A DNA stretch of 62,451 nt, the filler included, from Spirochaetales bacterium (GTDB lineage Bacteria; Spirochaetota; Spirochaetia; Treponematales; UBA12059), in NCBI GenBank assembly GCA_016928955.1. It is 3 parts of 3 records of this genome, joined end to end, with 100 filler letters (N's around TTAATTAATTAA, not from the genome) between each part and the next. Parts side by side here need not be neighbours in the genome. Positions count along the whole stretch, not along the records: positions 24,317 to 51,720 come from JAFGJV010000028.1; positions 51,821 to 62,451 come from JAFGJV010000035.1; 1 more part is not named here. One strand, 5' to 3'. The position numbers and the translations under genes were made by a program. Positions 49,277 through 58,207 of this stretch are shown here, one piece after another. Position 1 is the stretch's first letter. Each line of letters starts with the position of its first letter. The notes under the pieces were generated by a model that ran no database searches, was not told the DNA's origin, and worked only from the letters and a program-made list of their open reading frames with translations.

Positions 49277-49981
49277 GTGAGTAAGACAGCCAAGGCCGTT
49301 GGCGCCATAGTCGTCCTCAGTGTCCTTCTGGCTTCATGCCAGGCTTTTTTCACCACATCCTGGGCCGCGCCCCTGGCCAGGGACTCGTACGAGCTTCCTG
49401 CCGATTTGACAATGGACCAGGCTGCCCAGCTCCTGGCCGACCATCCGGAAGACCCGGCCCTGGCCGAGGCCCTGGTGCCCATCCTGACCGATGCCGCGGC
49501 CGATGAAACGCCAGGCACCGCCGCCTATGACGAGGCTGCGGGGCTCCTGGTAGACGCGGTGGTCCAGTCCTCCGAGGTGGGCGGGGCGATCACCGAGATG
49601 GTGGCCAGCATACCGGCGGACGGGAACGTGACGCTCGAGGAGATGGAAGCCATCTACCTCGAATTCCTGGATACCGTCAGCTTGACCGCCGACGAGCAGG
49701 CGGCCTTGCCCGGGCTTGCAACCAATCCGCCGTCCGACATGGAAGCCGAAGAGGCGTATGCCCTGGCGGTTGCCTTGCTGGCTGAGGCCGCCCAGGCCGC
49801 GGGCATTACCGACCTGGACAACATAACCCCGGCGGAGCAGGCCATCCTGGACGCCGACCCGAACTACGCGCTGGCTTTTGATTTCCTTGACCTGGGCACG
49901 ACCCTGCAAGGCGGAGAAACCAGCATGATCGGAGACCTCCTTGGCGGCCTGGCCGGGAATTTCACCGACCCAACGCCATAA
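49277..49981 (+). CDS. Acidic lipoprotein, function unknown
   Basis: Lipobox LASC. Confidence 0.8.
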   Translation: MSKTAKAVGAIVVLSVLLASCQAFFTTSWAAPLARDSYELPADLTMDQAAQLLADHPEDPALAEALVPILTDAAADETPGTAAYDEAAGLLVDAVVQSSEVGGAITEMVASIPADGNVTLEEMEAIYLEFLDTVSLTADEQAALPGLATNPPSDMEAEEAYALAVALLAEAAQAAGITDLDNITPAEQAILDADPNYALAFDFLDLGTTLQGGETSMIGDLLGGLAGNFTDPTP

Positions 49982-50014
49982 GACGCACCAGGGTACAAGC
50001 CGAAAGGTGAGCGC

Positions 50015-51148
50015 ATGAAACGAGCCGTGCTGACGATAATCACCATCATTGCCGTTGCGGGGGCTTCCTTTGCCCAAACGGTGGATTCCTTCCTGTTCGA
50101 GTCGCCGCGCCTTTCCGCCCTTGGCGGGCCCCATGCGGCCCAGGGCGTGGGCATGGACGCCTTCTTGGAGAATCCTGCCGGTTTTGCCACCGAGGACACG
50201 GGCTTCAGCGTGGCCAGGCTGGACCTCAGCGCTGCCGGCCCCCTGTCCGACATAGCCGCCATCATGCTCGGCGGATCGGACCTGACCTCGGCCCTGCCAA
50301 GCCTCCTGGACGACCAGGGTCGCCTGTACATGGGCATGGACCTTGCCGGCCCTATCTTTGCCGGTTATGTGGGCCGTGGCCTGGGCGTGGCCCTCATGGG
50401 CAAAACCAGCTTTACCCTGGACGCCGTGTCGCTTTTAAACGCCAGTCTGGTGGTGCATACCGACGCCATGCTGGCGGGTGGCTACTCCTTCCGCATACGG
50501 GCGGGGGAGCACACCATCGACATGGGCATCATGGCCAAACTGATGCTCAGGCTCGGCTTCTCCGAATCGGGAACGGCTGAAGACCTTACCAATACCATGA
50601 TGGCGTTCAACACCATCCTGGCCAGCCTGCCGTTCACCGGGCAATTCGGCGTGGGCGTTGACGCGGGCATCAAATGGACCAGTCCCTTTGGCCTGGCCGT
50701 TGGCCTGACAGGCAGTGATCCGTATTCGCCCGTATGGGGCGGAACCTATCCGAGTTTCATAGACTTTCTGAGCGGTACCAGCGGTACCAGCTCAACGGGC
50801 GTCCTGCATCCCGACCTGTCGGCCGGCCTGTCCTATGACCTGCCGTTCAGGTTCCTGGACAGACTAGGCCTCAAAGCCGTGATCATGGCCGATTACCGCG
50901 ACTTTCTGGATTTGCTGTCGCTTGTGCCGCGCAACGCCATACTCAACGTCAGCCTTGGCCTGGAAGTGTCCGTGTTCGAGGTGATGACCCTCAGGGCGGG
51001 CATGCGTGAGGCCCTTCCGGCTGCCGGCGTGGGCTTTGAATTCGGCCTCTTTCAGCTGGACCTCTCCATGTATGGACGCGAGCTGGGCCTGGAACCGGGT
51101 TCCCGGCCGTCGTTCAACATGGACCTTGCCATGTCGTTCGAGTACTGA
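50015..51148 (+). CDS. Outer-membrane beta-barrel protein (paralogue of 48036..49190)
   Basis: Signal peptide, PRLSALGG...FLENPA, LRAG, ELG..PG.RP, C-terminal Y. Confidence 0.75.
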   Translation: MKRAVLTIITIIAVAGASFAQTVDSFLFESPRLSALGGPHAAQGVGMDAFLENPAGFATEDTGFSVARLDLSAAGPLSDIAAIMLGGSDLTSALPSLLDDQGRLYMGMDLAGPIFAGYVGRGLGVALMGKTSFTLDAVSLLNASLVVHTDAMLAGGYSFRIRAGEHTIDMGIMAKLMLRLGFSESGTAEDLTNTMMAFNTILASLPFTGQFGVGVDAGIKWTSPFGLAVGLTGSDPYSPVWGGTYPSFIDFLSGTSGTSSTGVLHPDLSAGLSYDLPFRFLDRLGLKAVIMADYRDFLDLLSLVPRNAILNVSLGLEVSVFEVMTLRAGMREALPAAGVGFEFGLFQLDLSMYGRELGLEPGSRPSFNMDLAMSFEY

Positions 51149-51185
51149 GTCCACAAGCGGCGTATTCCCAAAGGCGGGCCCTTTC

Positions 51186-51214
51186 TTGACAAAGCCTCCG
51201 CCTTTGGGTATGGT
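51186..51214 (+). promoter_or_regulatory. sigma70 promoter of tRNA-Lys
   Basis: TTGACA-N17-TATGGT. Confidence 0.7.
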
Positions 51215-51229
51215 CAGCCCCAGATTTCC

Positions 51230-51302
51230 GAGCCGCTAGCTCACTAGGTAGAGCAACGCCCTTTTAAGGCGTGGGTACCGGGTTCGAACCCCGGGCGGCT
51301 CA
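51230..51302 (+). tRNA. tRNA-Lys (anticodon UUU)
   Basis: GAGCCGC acceptor stem, TAGCTCA..GGTAGAGC, ACGCC-CTTTTAA-GGCGT, CCGGG-TTCGAAC-CCCGG. Confidence 0.95.
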
Positions 51303-51464
51303 AAAAACAAGCGACCGAGTAACTCGAATATTTCTTTGGCTATCTGAATTTCCCCGGGGTTCGAACGCCTCGAGCGCCGAGCTGGCGAGGAAAAGGCGCC
51401 AGGATGGCGCCGTAAGCGAGAGGCGCGGCCCGTAGGCAGGGCGCAGGAGCGCCTTGCCTACGGG

Positions 51465-51482
51465 CGAACCCCGGGCGGCTCA
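51465..51482 (+). repeat. 18-bp direct repeat of the tRNA-Lys 3' end
   Basis: CGAACCCCGGGCGGCTCA, identical to 51285-51302. Confidence 0.85.
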
Positions 51483-51634
51483 TCGTCATCCATGACGTAC
51501 CTGTCCTTTGGACAGGACTGTAACTGGCGCGGCATCCTTGCCGCGCTTTTGCTTTTCCGGGGGGCGGTGCACAGGTCGCGGGAGCGACCATGATGACCTT
51601 TCCTTGCAGGTCGACGCTTTGGTGTCCTGGATTG

Positions 51635-51720
51635 CTTCCATAGTGCCGCGAACCTTGTTGAAAATCGCGCAGAAGCAAGCGCGGCGCGTCCGCTTGGCGT
51701 AGCAGGGGCATCTCCGCTAC
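51635..51720 (+). mobile_element. Multicopy element end (copy 1), family unresolved
   Basis: 86 bp with 2 mismatches to 62350-62435; at a contig end. Confidence 0.65.
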
Positions 51721-51820
51721 NNNNNNNNNNNNNNNNNNNNNNNNNNNNNNNNNNNNNNNNNNNNTTAATTAATTAANNNNNNNNNNNNNNNNNNNNNNNN
51801 NNNNNNNNNNNNNNNNNNNN
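51721..51820. other. Artificial contig linker
   Basis: N run containing TTAATTAATTAA. Confidence 0.99.
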
Positions 51821-51905
51821 GGACCAAGAGAATTCTACACTAAAAAAGGCAGGGGTGCCTCGTTGGCCCCCCTGCCTCCCTTAAGTCGGCTTTTTCAGTG
51901 GCCCC
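51821..51905 (-). mobile_element. End of a multicopy IS-like element (copy 2)
   Basis: Reverse complement of 24131-24215. Confidence 0.7.
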
Positions 51906-51928
51906 GGGACAACCCGGGGTTTTTTCGT

Positions 51929-52396
51929 CTACGAGCCTGATAGTTCCGATAGGCCCTTGCGCGCCAGTTCGTCGCAGCGCTCGTTCCACATTTCCCCGGC
52001 GTGGCCTTCCACCCACACAAAGCGCGCGCCGAGTTCCGCCGCCAGGGCGTCCAGCCTTTCCCACAGGTCCCGGTTTTTCACCGGTTCCTTGGACGCCGTC
52101 CTCCAGCCGTTGCGCTTCCAGGATTTGATCCAGGTCATGACGCCATTCTTGACGTACTGGGAGTCCGTGCGTACCTCCACGCCCGTGACCCGGACCTGTC
52201 CCGCATCCGTGCGTTCCTTCAGCGCCTCCAGGGCGTTGACCGCGGCGCTGAGCTCCATGCGGTTGTTCGTTGTGGCGGCGTCGCCTCCGAAGGCTTCCCG
52301 TATCTCGCCCCCGGCCAGGGCTACCCATGCCCAGCCGCCGGGTCCGGGGTTGCCCGAGCAGGCACCGTCCGTGTAAATGATAGCTGTCTCTTCCAT
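51929..52396 (-). CDS. rnhA: Ribonuclease HI
   Basis: IYTDGACSGNPGPGGW, TTNNRMEL, TDSQYV, WKRNGW, VKNRDLW, WV.GHAG...NERCD. Confidence 0.97.
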   Translation of the reverse strand: MEETAIIYTDGACSGNPGPGGWAWVALAGGEIREAFGGDAATTNNRMELSAAVNALEALKERTDAGQVRVTGVEVRTDSQYVKNGVMTWIKSWKRNGWRTASKEPVKNRDLWERLDALAAELGARFVWVEGHAGEMWNERCDELARKGLSELSGS

Positions 52397-52469
52397 GGTG
52401 TATAGCCTTTCGGGTACATGCGGCCGCCTTGGTCAAAAGCCAGGCGGCCGCGCGTTTGCGAGCGTCGTG

Positions 52470-54323
52470 TCAGGGCAGTAGGGCCAAGGAGAACCACGGT
52501 ACCCAGGTAACCAGAACCAGGACCACCAGCTGGAGCAGGAAGAACGGCAGGACCGAGCGGTAAATGGATAGTACCGGCCGGCCGAACGCGTAGCTGGCCA
52601 GGAACAGGTTCATGCCTATGGGCGGCGTCAGGAACCCGATGCTCAGGTTTGTCAGGAAAATGGCCCCAAGATGCACCGGATGTATGCCGTACGCAGCACC
52701 CAGGGGTATGATCAGGGGCGACACTACCAGCACCGCGGAGAACACGTCCATGAAACAGCCCACCAGGAGGAGCCCTACGTTCAAAAGGAGCAGGAAGGCC
52801 CAACGCGACGATATGGCGGAGCTCAGCCACGCGGCGAACAGTTCCGGTATGCCTGCGCTCATTATATAGAAGGACAGCCCCCGCGCCGCGGCTATGATGA
52901 TGAGGGCTCCCCCGGCAACCGGCAAGGCCTTGGTCATGGTAGCCTTGAACGACGAAAAGCCCACCTCGCGCTTGAGGAGCCCTTCCACGACCAGGAGGTA
53001 GGCCACGGTTACGGCGCCTATCTCGGTGAGGCCGGCAAAGCCGGTAAAGTACATGAGGGCTATGAACACGGGGATGACCAGCTCGGGGGCGGCGTCCAAA
53101 AGGGCCTTGCCCGCGGCCTTGGGGTTGAACCTCCTGGTCGTGCCCTTGGTACGCAGGCCCTTGACCACGCCGGCTCCTCCCATGGCAAGCACCATGAGCG
53201 CGCCGGGCAGGACTGAGCCCAGGAACATGTCGCCAATGGTAAACGACTCGGAGCCCTGCATCATGAAGGTGGCGTTCACCGCGTACAGGATGATGGCTAT
53301 GCTCGGGGGAAAGAGGAGGCCTATGGACGACGACGCGGTGAGGATGCCCTGGGCGTAGTCCTCTGTGTATGCGCCGGTACCCTTGAGAATGAAGGCCAAT
53401 ATGCCGCCAAGGGCCAAAATGGTCACGCCGTTGGCCCCGGTGAAGGTGGTGAAGAAGGTGCACACAAGGACGGCGGCAAAGGCCTCGCCGCCGGGCAGCC
53501 AGCCGAACAGCTCTCGGAACACGGCTACCAGGCGCTTGCCCGCGCCCGAGTCCGACAGGATGAACCCTGCTATGGTGAACAGAGGTATGGCCGGCATGGA
53601 CGTGTTCTTGAGCAGGTTGTACGCCTCGCTCGGTATCAGCTCTATGGCCGAGCCATTGCCCAGGAACAGGATGGCGGCTATGCCGGACAGGACCACGTAG
53701 AGGGGCAGGCCAAAAAAGGCGGCCACCGCCAAAACCAGGATGAGCGGAAGCTGGATGGCGGAAATCAGCGTGGCCACCGCGTCGGCAACGGCGTAGAGGA
53801 AGCCTGGATCCAGCCCAAGCGCCTCCAGGACATTCACCAAGGCGGGCGTACCCAGGAACAGTCCAACGACGAGCCCGGCCAGGGCGCTGAGTCTGGCGCT
53901 TCCGGCTGCCCTGGCCACGTCAACGCAGGCGATCAGCAGGAAGCCTATGGCCATGGGCGCCACAAAGATGGGCAGGGGCAGGCCCAGGAGCAGGGCGCCG
54001 GGCTCGAACCCCACAAACACCAGGGACAGGGACGCGCAGAACAGGGTCGTGTTTACCAGGGCCCCGAGCCCGGAACGTACGGCTCCTACGAACAGCGACG
54101 AGGTGCCGCCCGCGCTCAGTGCCAGGTGGGATCCGTCCACGCTGGCTTTGACGGCCGCGAAAAAGGCCAAGGCAAGAAGGGCGTGTTCCAGAACGCGGGG
54201 CACCTGGGGGAAACCCAAAAAGAACACCCGGGACAGGATCAGGTCCACTATGGCCACGCCGGCCAGCACCGCGAACGACAGGCCGGAGGCCCAGGTGACG
54301 ACAGAACCGAGGACTTTTCTCAT
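52470..54323 (-). CDS. TRAP transporter fused small/large permease (DctQM)
   Basis: AIPLFTIAG, LPGG, FTGA.G.TI, GLLFPPS, TE, G..PVH, LTPPIGMNLF. Confidence 0.93.
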   Translation of the reverse strand: MRKVLGSVVTWASGLSFAVLAGVAIVDLILSRVFFLGFPQVPRVLEHALLALAFFAAVKASVDGSHLALSAGGTSSLFVGAVRSGLGALVNTTLFCASLSLVFVGFEPGALLLGLPLPIFVAPMAIGFLLIACVDVARAAGSARLSALAGLVVGLFLGTPALVNVLEALGLDPGFLYAVADAVATLISAIQLPLILVLAVAAFFGLPLYVVLSGIAAILFLGNGSAIELIPSEAYNLLKNTSMPAIPLFTIAGFILSDSGAGKRLVAVFRELFGWLPGGEAFAAVLVCTFFTTFTGANGVTILALGGILAFILKGTGAYTEDYAQGILTASSSIGLLFPPSIAIILYAVNATFMMQGSESFTIGDMFLGSVLPGALMVLAMGGAGVVKGLRTKGTTRRFNPKAAGKALLDAAPELVIPVFIALMYFTGFAGLTEIGAVTVAYLLVVEGLLKREVGFSSFKATMTKALPVAGGALIIIAAARGLSFYIMSAGIPELFAAWLSSAISSRWAFLLLLNVGLLLVGCFMDVFSAVLVVSPLIIPLGAAYGIHPVHLGAIFLTNLSIGFLTPPIGMNLFLASYAFGRPVLSIYRSVLPFFLLQLVVLVLVTWVPWFSLALLP

Positions 54324-55327
54324 GGAGCTGACGCCTTGACCTTCTGGACCGCGCCCAGGACCGCGCTCATCCACTCGGGGGCGTACCAGTCTGCAAGGAG
54401 CTTCTCCATGCGCTGGCCCATGAACAGCTCATCCCAGGCGGCCTGGTCGGCGGGGCCGAGCGTGGGCACCGAGAGGCCTTCGCGCTTCATCGTCTCGATG
54501 GCCTGGTTCTCCAGCTTGAGGGCTTCCTGGGCTATCTCTGCGGCTATGCGGTCGGCGGCCTCGAGCAGGGCCGGCTTGAACTTGTCGGGCACCCTGTCCC
54601 AGGACTTGCGGTTGATGATAATGGCGCCAAAGAAGGGCGCTATGCGGAAGGCCGACATGTGGCTGACGGAGCGCTTGTACTGGCTCCACATGGTGGCCAC
54701 CAAAAGGGGGCTGGTGTAGGCCACGTCTATGGCGTTGGAGTTGAAGTGCAGCAGCATGGTGGACACGTCGGACTTGACCACGCGCATGCCCAGGGCCTGG
54801 AGCTGTTTGGTGAGTATCTCCTGGGACTGGCTGGAGCCTATGCGGGCATTGACCAGGTCCGAGGGCACGACCAGGGCCTTGTTGGAGAAAAAGCGTATCC
54901 ATCCGCCCTGGGCAACGGTGATGATTTCATACCGTTCGCCGATGCTCTTGCGCAGCAGGGGCTCGGCCGCGCTCACGGCGGCCGCGAACTCGCGCTCGTC
55001 ATGCACCACTGACGGCATGGACAGGAGCATGATGTTCTTGTCGATGAAGGACAGGCCGGCCGTTTCCAAGAGGGCGCCGTCCAGGCTGAACTTCATCTTC
55101 TGGATGATGTCTTCCTGGCTGGCGTTGGCCATGCTCTTGGGAAAATTCAGTCGGACCGCGCCGCCGGATATGCGCGACCATTCGGCCGCTATCTTGCGGA
55201 GCCCGAGGTCCCAGGGACTGTTGGCGGGAACCGCGGCGCCTATCTGCAGGGTAATGGTTTGGGCGCCGGCCGGCATGGCCAAGGCAAGCAGGCAAAGGAT
55301 GAGGACAAAGCGTCCTGGGTGCTTCAT
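54320..55327 (-). CDS. TRAP substrate-binding protein DctP (TatP-T type)
   Basis: Signal peptide, P.NSPW...L......W..ISGG.V, W. Confidence 0.88.
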   Translation of the reverse strand: MKHPGRFVLILCLLALAMPAGAQTITLQIGAAVPANSPWDLGLRKIAAEWSRISGGAVRLNFPKSMANASQEDIIQKMKFSLDGALLETAGLSFIDKNIMLLSMPSVVHDEREFAAAVSAAEPLLRKSIGERYEIITVAQGGWIRFFSNKALVVPSDLVNARIGSSQSQEILTKQLQALGMRVVKSDVSTMLLHFNSNAIDVAYTSPLLVATMWSQYKRSVSHMSAFRIAPFFGAIIINRKSWDRVPDKFKPALLEAADRIAAEIAQEALKLENQAIETMKREGLSVPTLGPADQAAWDELFMGQRMEKLLADWYAPEWMSAVLGAVQKVKASAP

Positions 55328-56274
55328 GGTGCGATACCGCCTTCCGTGGAATAGTCGAGGACGTAGTCCCCCATGTGTTCAAGGAGATAGGCCGCCTTGC
55401 GGCGGGCCAGGGCGTTCATAAGGGCTGACCGGGGCGCGTCGGAGGCGCTGATGGCCAGGGCCCGCTCAAGGTCGGCTTTAAATCCCGCCGCGTCGTCATC
55501 CGCCACCCGTATGATCAGGGCGTGCGACACAAAAAGCCCGGCTGACTTGCCGCCGGATGCTTCCATGGCGGACTCGTAGGCGGCCACGGCCCGCTCCCGG
55601 GAACCTCCCAGGTCGGCAGGCATGGACGCGTACACGGTAAACGCGAGCTCCTGGATGTCGGCGCGGTCCGGCGCCAGGGACAGGGCGCCTTCAAGCAGGG
55701 CGATGGCGGCAGGCACCCTGGCGGCGTGATCAAAGTCCAGGGGATCGGAACTGAAGGCCGCCAGTATGGACGCGGCCGTGTAGTACATGAGGTCCGCGTC
55801 TGTTTTTTTGAAAGGTTTCAGGGCGGACTGGGTGGCCGAACGCGCCTGGGCGTCCGCGCCAGGCGACAGCTGGAAGTCCACAGAGAAAAAGCCCGGACTC
55901 TTTTTTTCCACGAAGGGCGACAAAAGCCGGTAGGCGCGCAGGCAGAGGGCGCGGGCGCGCGACGTGAGTTCCTGGCGCTTCAGGTACGCGTCGTCAGGCA
56001 GGAAGAGCGTTTCCCCGTCAAGGAACGCCGTGGCGTACAGAAGCCACAACGATGCCACCGTGGTGGCGTTGCCTTGCTTGGAGGGATTGGTTGCCAGGAG
56101 CACCTCGCTCACTTTCATGAAGGAAGGGAGGGCCGCTCCTGCTATTGCCGGGTCTTCCTCGCCCAGGAAGGCGTCGCTTGCGTACACGCCCACGCGCGTC
56201 AGGGAGCAGGACGACAGGGCGCATGCAAGAACCACGAGGAGGGCAACCGGACGGAACGTAGACGTGTCATGCAT
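55324..56274 (-). CDS. TRAP transporter TatT component (TPAT lipoprotein)
   Basis: Lipobox LSSC, EEDP...AALP...K..E.LL...P, YA.AF, LGG...A, F...L..AL; upstream of dctP-dctQM; start reassigned. Confidence 0.82.
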   Translation of the reverse strand: MHDTSTFRPVALLVVLACALSSCSLTRVGVYASDAFLGEEDPAIAGAALPSFMKVSEVLLATNPSKQGNATTVASLWLLYATAFLDGETLFLPDDAYLKRQELTSRARALCLRAYRLLSPFVEKKSPGFFSVDFQLSPGADAQARSATQSALKPFKKTDADLMYYTAASILAAFSSDPLDFDHAARVPAAIALLEGALSLAPDRADIQELAFTVYASMPADLGGSRERAVAAYESAMEASGGKSAGLFVSHALIIRVADDDAAGFKADLERALAISASDAPRSALMNALARRKAAYLLEHMGDYVLDYSTEGGIAP

Positions 56275-56446
56275 GGATGCCAGTATCAGCGCGTGGGCGT
56301 TTTTTGTCAATTCTGGTGCCGCTCCCGCTGGTGCGCCTTTTGTGGCGACGCGCTTATCCGGACGCCGCCGCGCGGTAAGCACGGGCCGAATTTTTGCGTC
56401 GCCGTGGGCCTCGCCAAGAATCAGCAAGACGGATACAATCACCGCC

Positions 56447-58207
56447 ATGCTGAAGGAATTCAAGACGCTTCTGCCGTACATCAAGCGATACTGGCTTCGA
56501 TACGCGCTTGGTCTGCTCTGCCTGGTCACCGTGGACGCGGCCCAGCTTCTGTTGCCCCAGTACTTGCGGCGCGCCGTGGACACCGTAGCGGCCGGCGGGG
56601 GCAGGCAAGCCGTGCTCGGCATAGGCGCCGCCATGGTCGCCACAGCCGCCCTGGTCGCCCTTGGCCGCTTCATGTGGCGCTATTTCATACACGGAGCGTC
56701 TCGGCGCATAGAAACCCATCTCCGGGACCGGCTCTTTGGCACCTTGATGGTCCTGCCCATGACTTTCTTTGGTAAAAATGCCGTGGGCGACCTCATGGCG
56801 AGGGCCACCAACGACATGCAGGCCATACGCATGGCCACCGGCATGGCCTTTGTGTCCTTTGTGGACGGCGTGTTCATGTCCATGGCCATTCTGGTGGTCA
56901 TGTTCGCGCAGAGCCCCGCAACCACAGGATGGACCATCATCCCGCTGCCCTTGGTGACCGTGTTGATCATTTTCTTCGGAAAACTGGTGGGCGCGAGGTT
57001 CAAGCGCGTTCAGGAAATATACTCGGACGTCAGCTCGGTGGCCCAGGAAACCCTGCAGGGCATACGCGTGGTCAAATCGTTCGTTAAGGAAAAGCATTTT
57101 GCCGGTCGCTTCTCCGAGGCCAACGACCGCTACCGCGACGCATCGATGAAGCTGGTCAAGGTGTTCGGTTTCTTCTTCCCGCTCATCACCTTCCTGGGCG
57201 GCCTGTCCACCCTGGTGCTGATAGCTGTGGGCGGAACCGCCGTGCTGGAGAACCGCATGTCGCCCGGTCTTCTGGCGGCCATGCTTGCCTACCTGGAAAT
57301 GCTCCTTTGGCCCATGCTGGGCGCCGGCTTTACCGTCAACATGATCCAGCGGGGGGCGGCCAGCCTCAAGCGCGTCAACGCGATCCTTGATCACGACCAG
57401 GAACCCCGCTTTGCTGATGGCGCTGCGCCCAAGCCCGATGCCGTTCCGGCGGGTGATGTGGAGTTCCGCGACCTGACCATCCGGTACGCGGATGACGCGC
57501 GGCCGGCCCTGGACTCGGTTTCCATCCGGGTGCCGCGCGGCGCCATCCTGGGAATACTCGGGCGCGTCGGCTCTGGAAAAAGCACCCTGCTCAAGACCCT
57601 GGCCCGCATCGTCGAGCCGCCGCGCGACTCCGTTCTGGTAGGCGGCACGGATGTGGGGTCTTTCGATCTAGAGCGCCTGCGCTCCGCCCTGGGCTTTGTA
57701 CCCCAGGACAGCTTCCTTTTCTCGGACAGCATCAGGAACAACGTGCTGTTCGCCAATCCTGACCTGCCCAAGGAGCGTTTTCTGGAAGTGGTCAAGGCCA
57801 GTGCCCTGGACCGCGACCTGGAGGCGTTTCCCAAGGGCTGGGATACCGTGGTCGGCGAGCGCGGCCTGACCCTGTCGGGAGGGCAGAAACAGCGCGTGGC
57901 CATAGCCCGGGCCCTGGCTGCGGACCCGGAAATCCTGGTGCTGGACGACGCCTTGTCGGCGGTGGACACGGAAACCGAGGAACGCATCCTGGGAGCCGTA
58001 TTGGCCGCTCGGGCGGGCAGGACCACCCTGATCGTGTCCAACCGCGTATCCACGCTCAAGCGCGCCAGCCTGGTGGCCGTCCTGGACGGAGGCCGCCTTA
58101 TCCAGCTGGGCAGCCCGGCGGAACTGGCGTCAGAGGACGGGTTCTATGCAGAGATAGCGGCCATGCAGGCCCTCAGCGCGACCACCGCCGGCGCGGGACA
58201 GGAGTGA
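56447..58207 (+). CDS. ABC exporter permease/ATPase, half 1 of a heterodimer
   Basis: TM domain, GDLMARATND, GRVGSGKS, GERGLTLSGGQKQR, degenerate LDDA and H-loop IVSNR; start reassigned to ATG 56447. Confidence 0.93.
   Translation: MLKEFKTLLPYIKRYWLRYALGLLCLVTVDAAQLLLPQYLRRAVDTVAAGGGRQAVLGIGAAMVATAALVALGRFMWRYFIHGASRRIETHLRDRLFGTLMVLPMTFFGKNAVGDLMARATNDMQAIRMATGMAFVSFVDGVFMSMAILVVMFAQSPATTGWTIIPLPLVTVLIIFFGKLVGARFKRVQEIYSDVSSVAQETLQGIRVVKSFVKEKHFAGRFSEANDRYRDASMKLVKVFGFFFPLITFLGGLSTLVLIAVGGTAVLENRMSPGLLAAMLAYLEMLLWPMLGAGFTVNMIQRGAASLKRVNAILDHDQEPRFADGAAPKPDAVPAGDVEFRDLTIRYADDARPALDSVSIRVPRGAILGILGRVGSGKSTLLKTLARIVEPPRDSVLVGGTDVGSFDLERLRSALGFVPQDSFLFSDSIRNNVLFANPDLPKERFLEVVKASALDRDLEAFPKGWDTVVGERGLTLSGGQKQRVAIARALAADPEILVLDDALSAVDTETEERILGAVLAARAGRTTLIVSNRVSTLKRASLVAVLDGGRLIQLGSPAELASEDGFYAEIAAMQALSATTAGAGQE

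Noticed and set aside
55964..56673. Apparent long head-to-head overlap of the TatT and ABC exporter ORFs
   Set aside because: It disappears with the plausible starts at 56274 (-) and 56447 (+).
57940..58050. Degenerate Walker B and H-loop in ABC half 1 as a sign of pseudogenisation
   Set aside because: One degenerate nucleotide-binding site is normal for heterodimeric ABC exporters.
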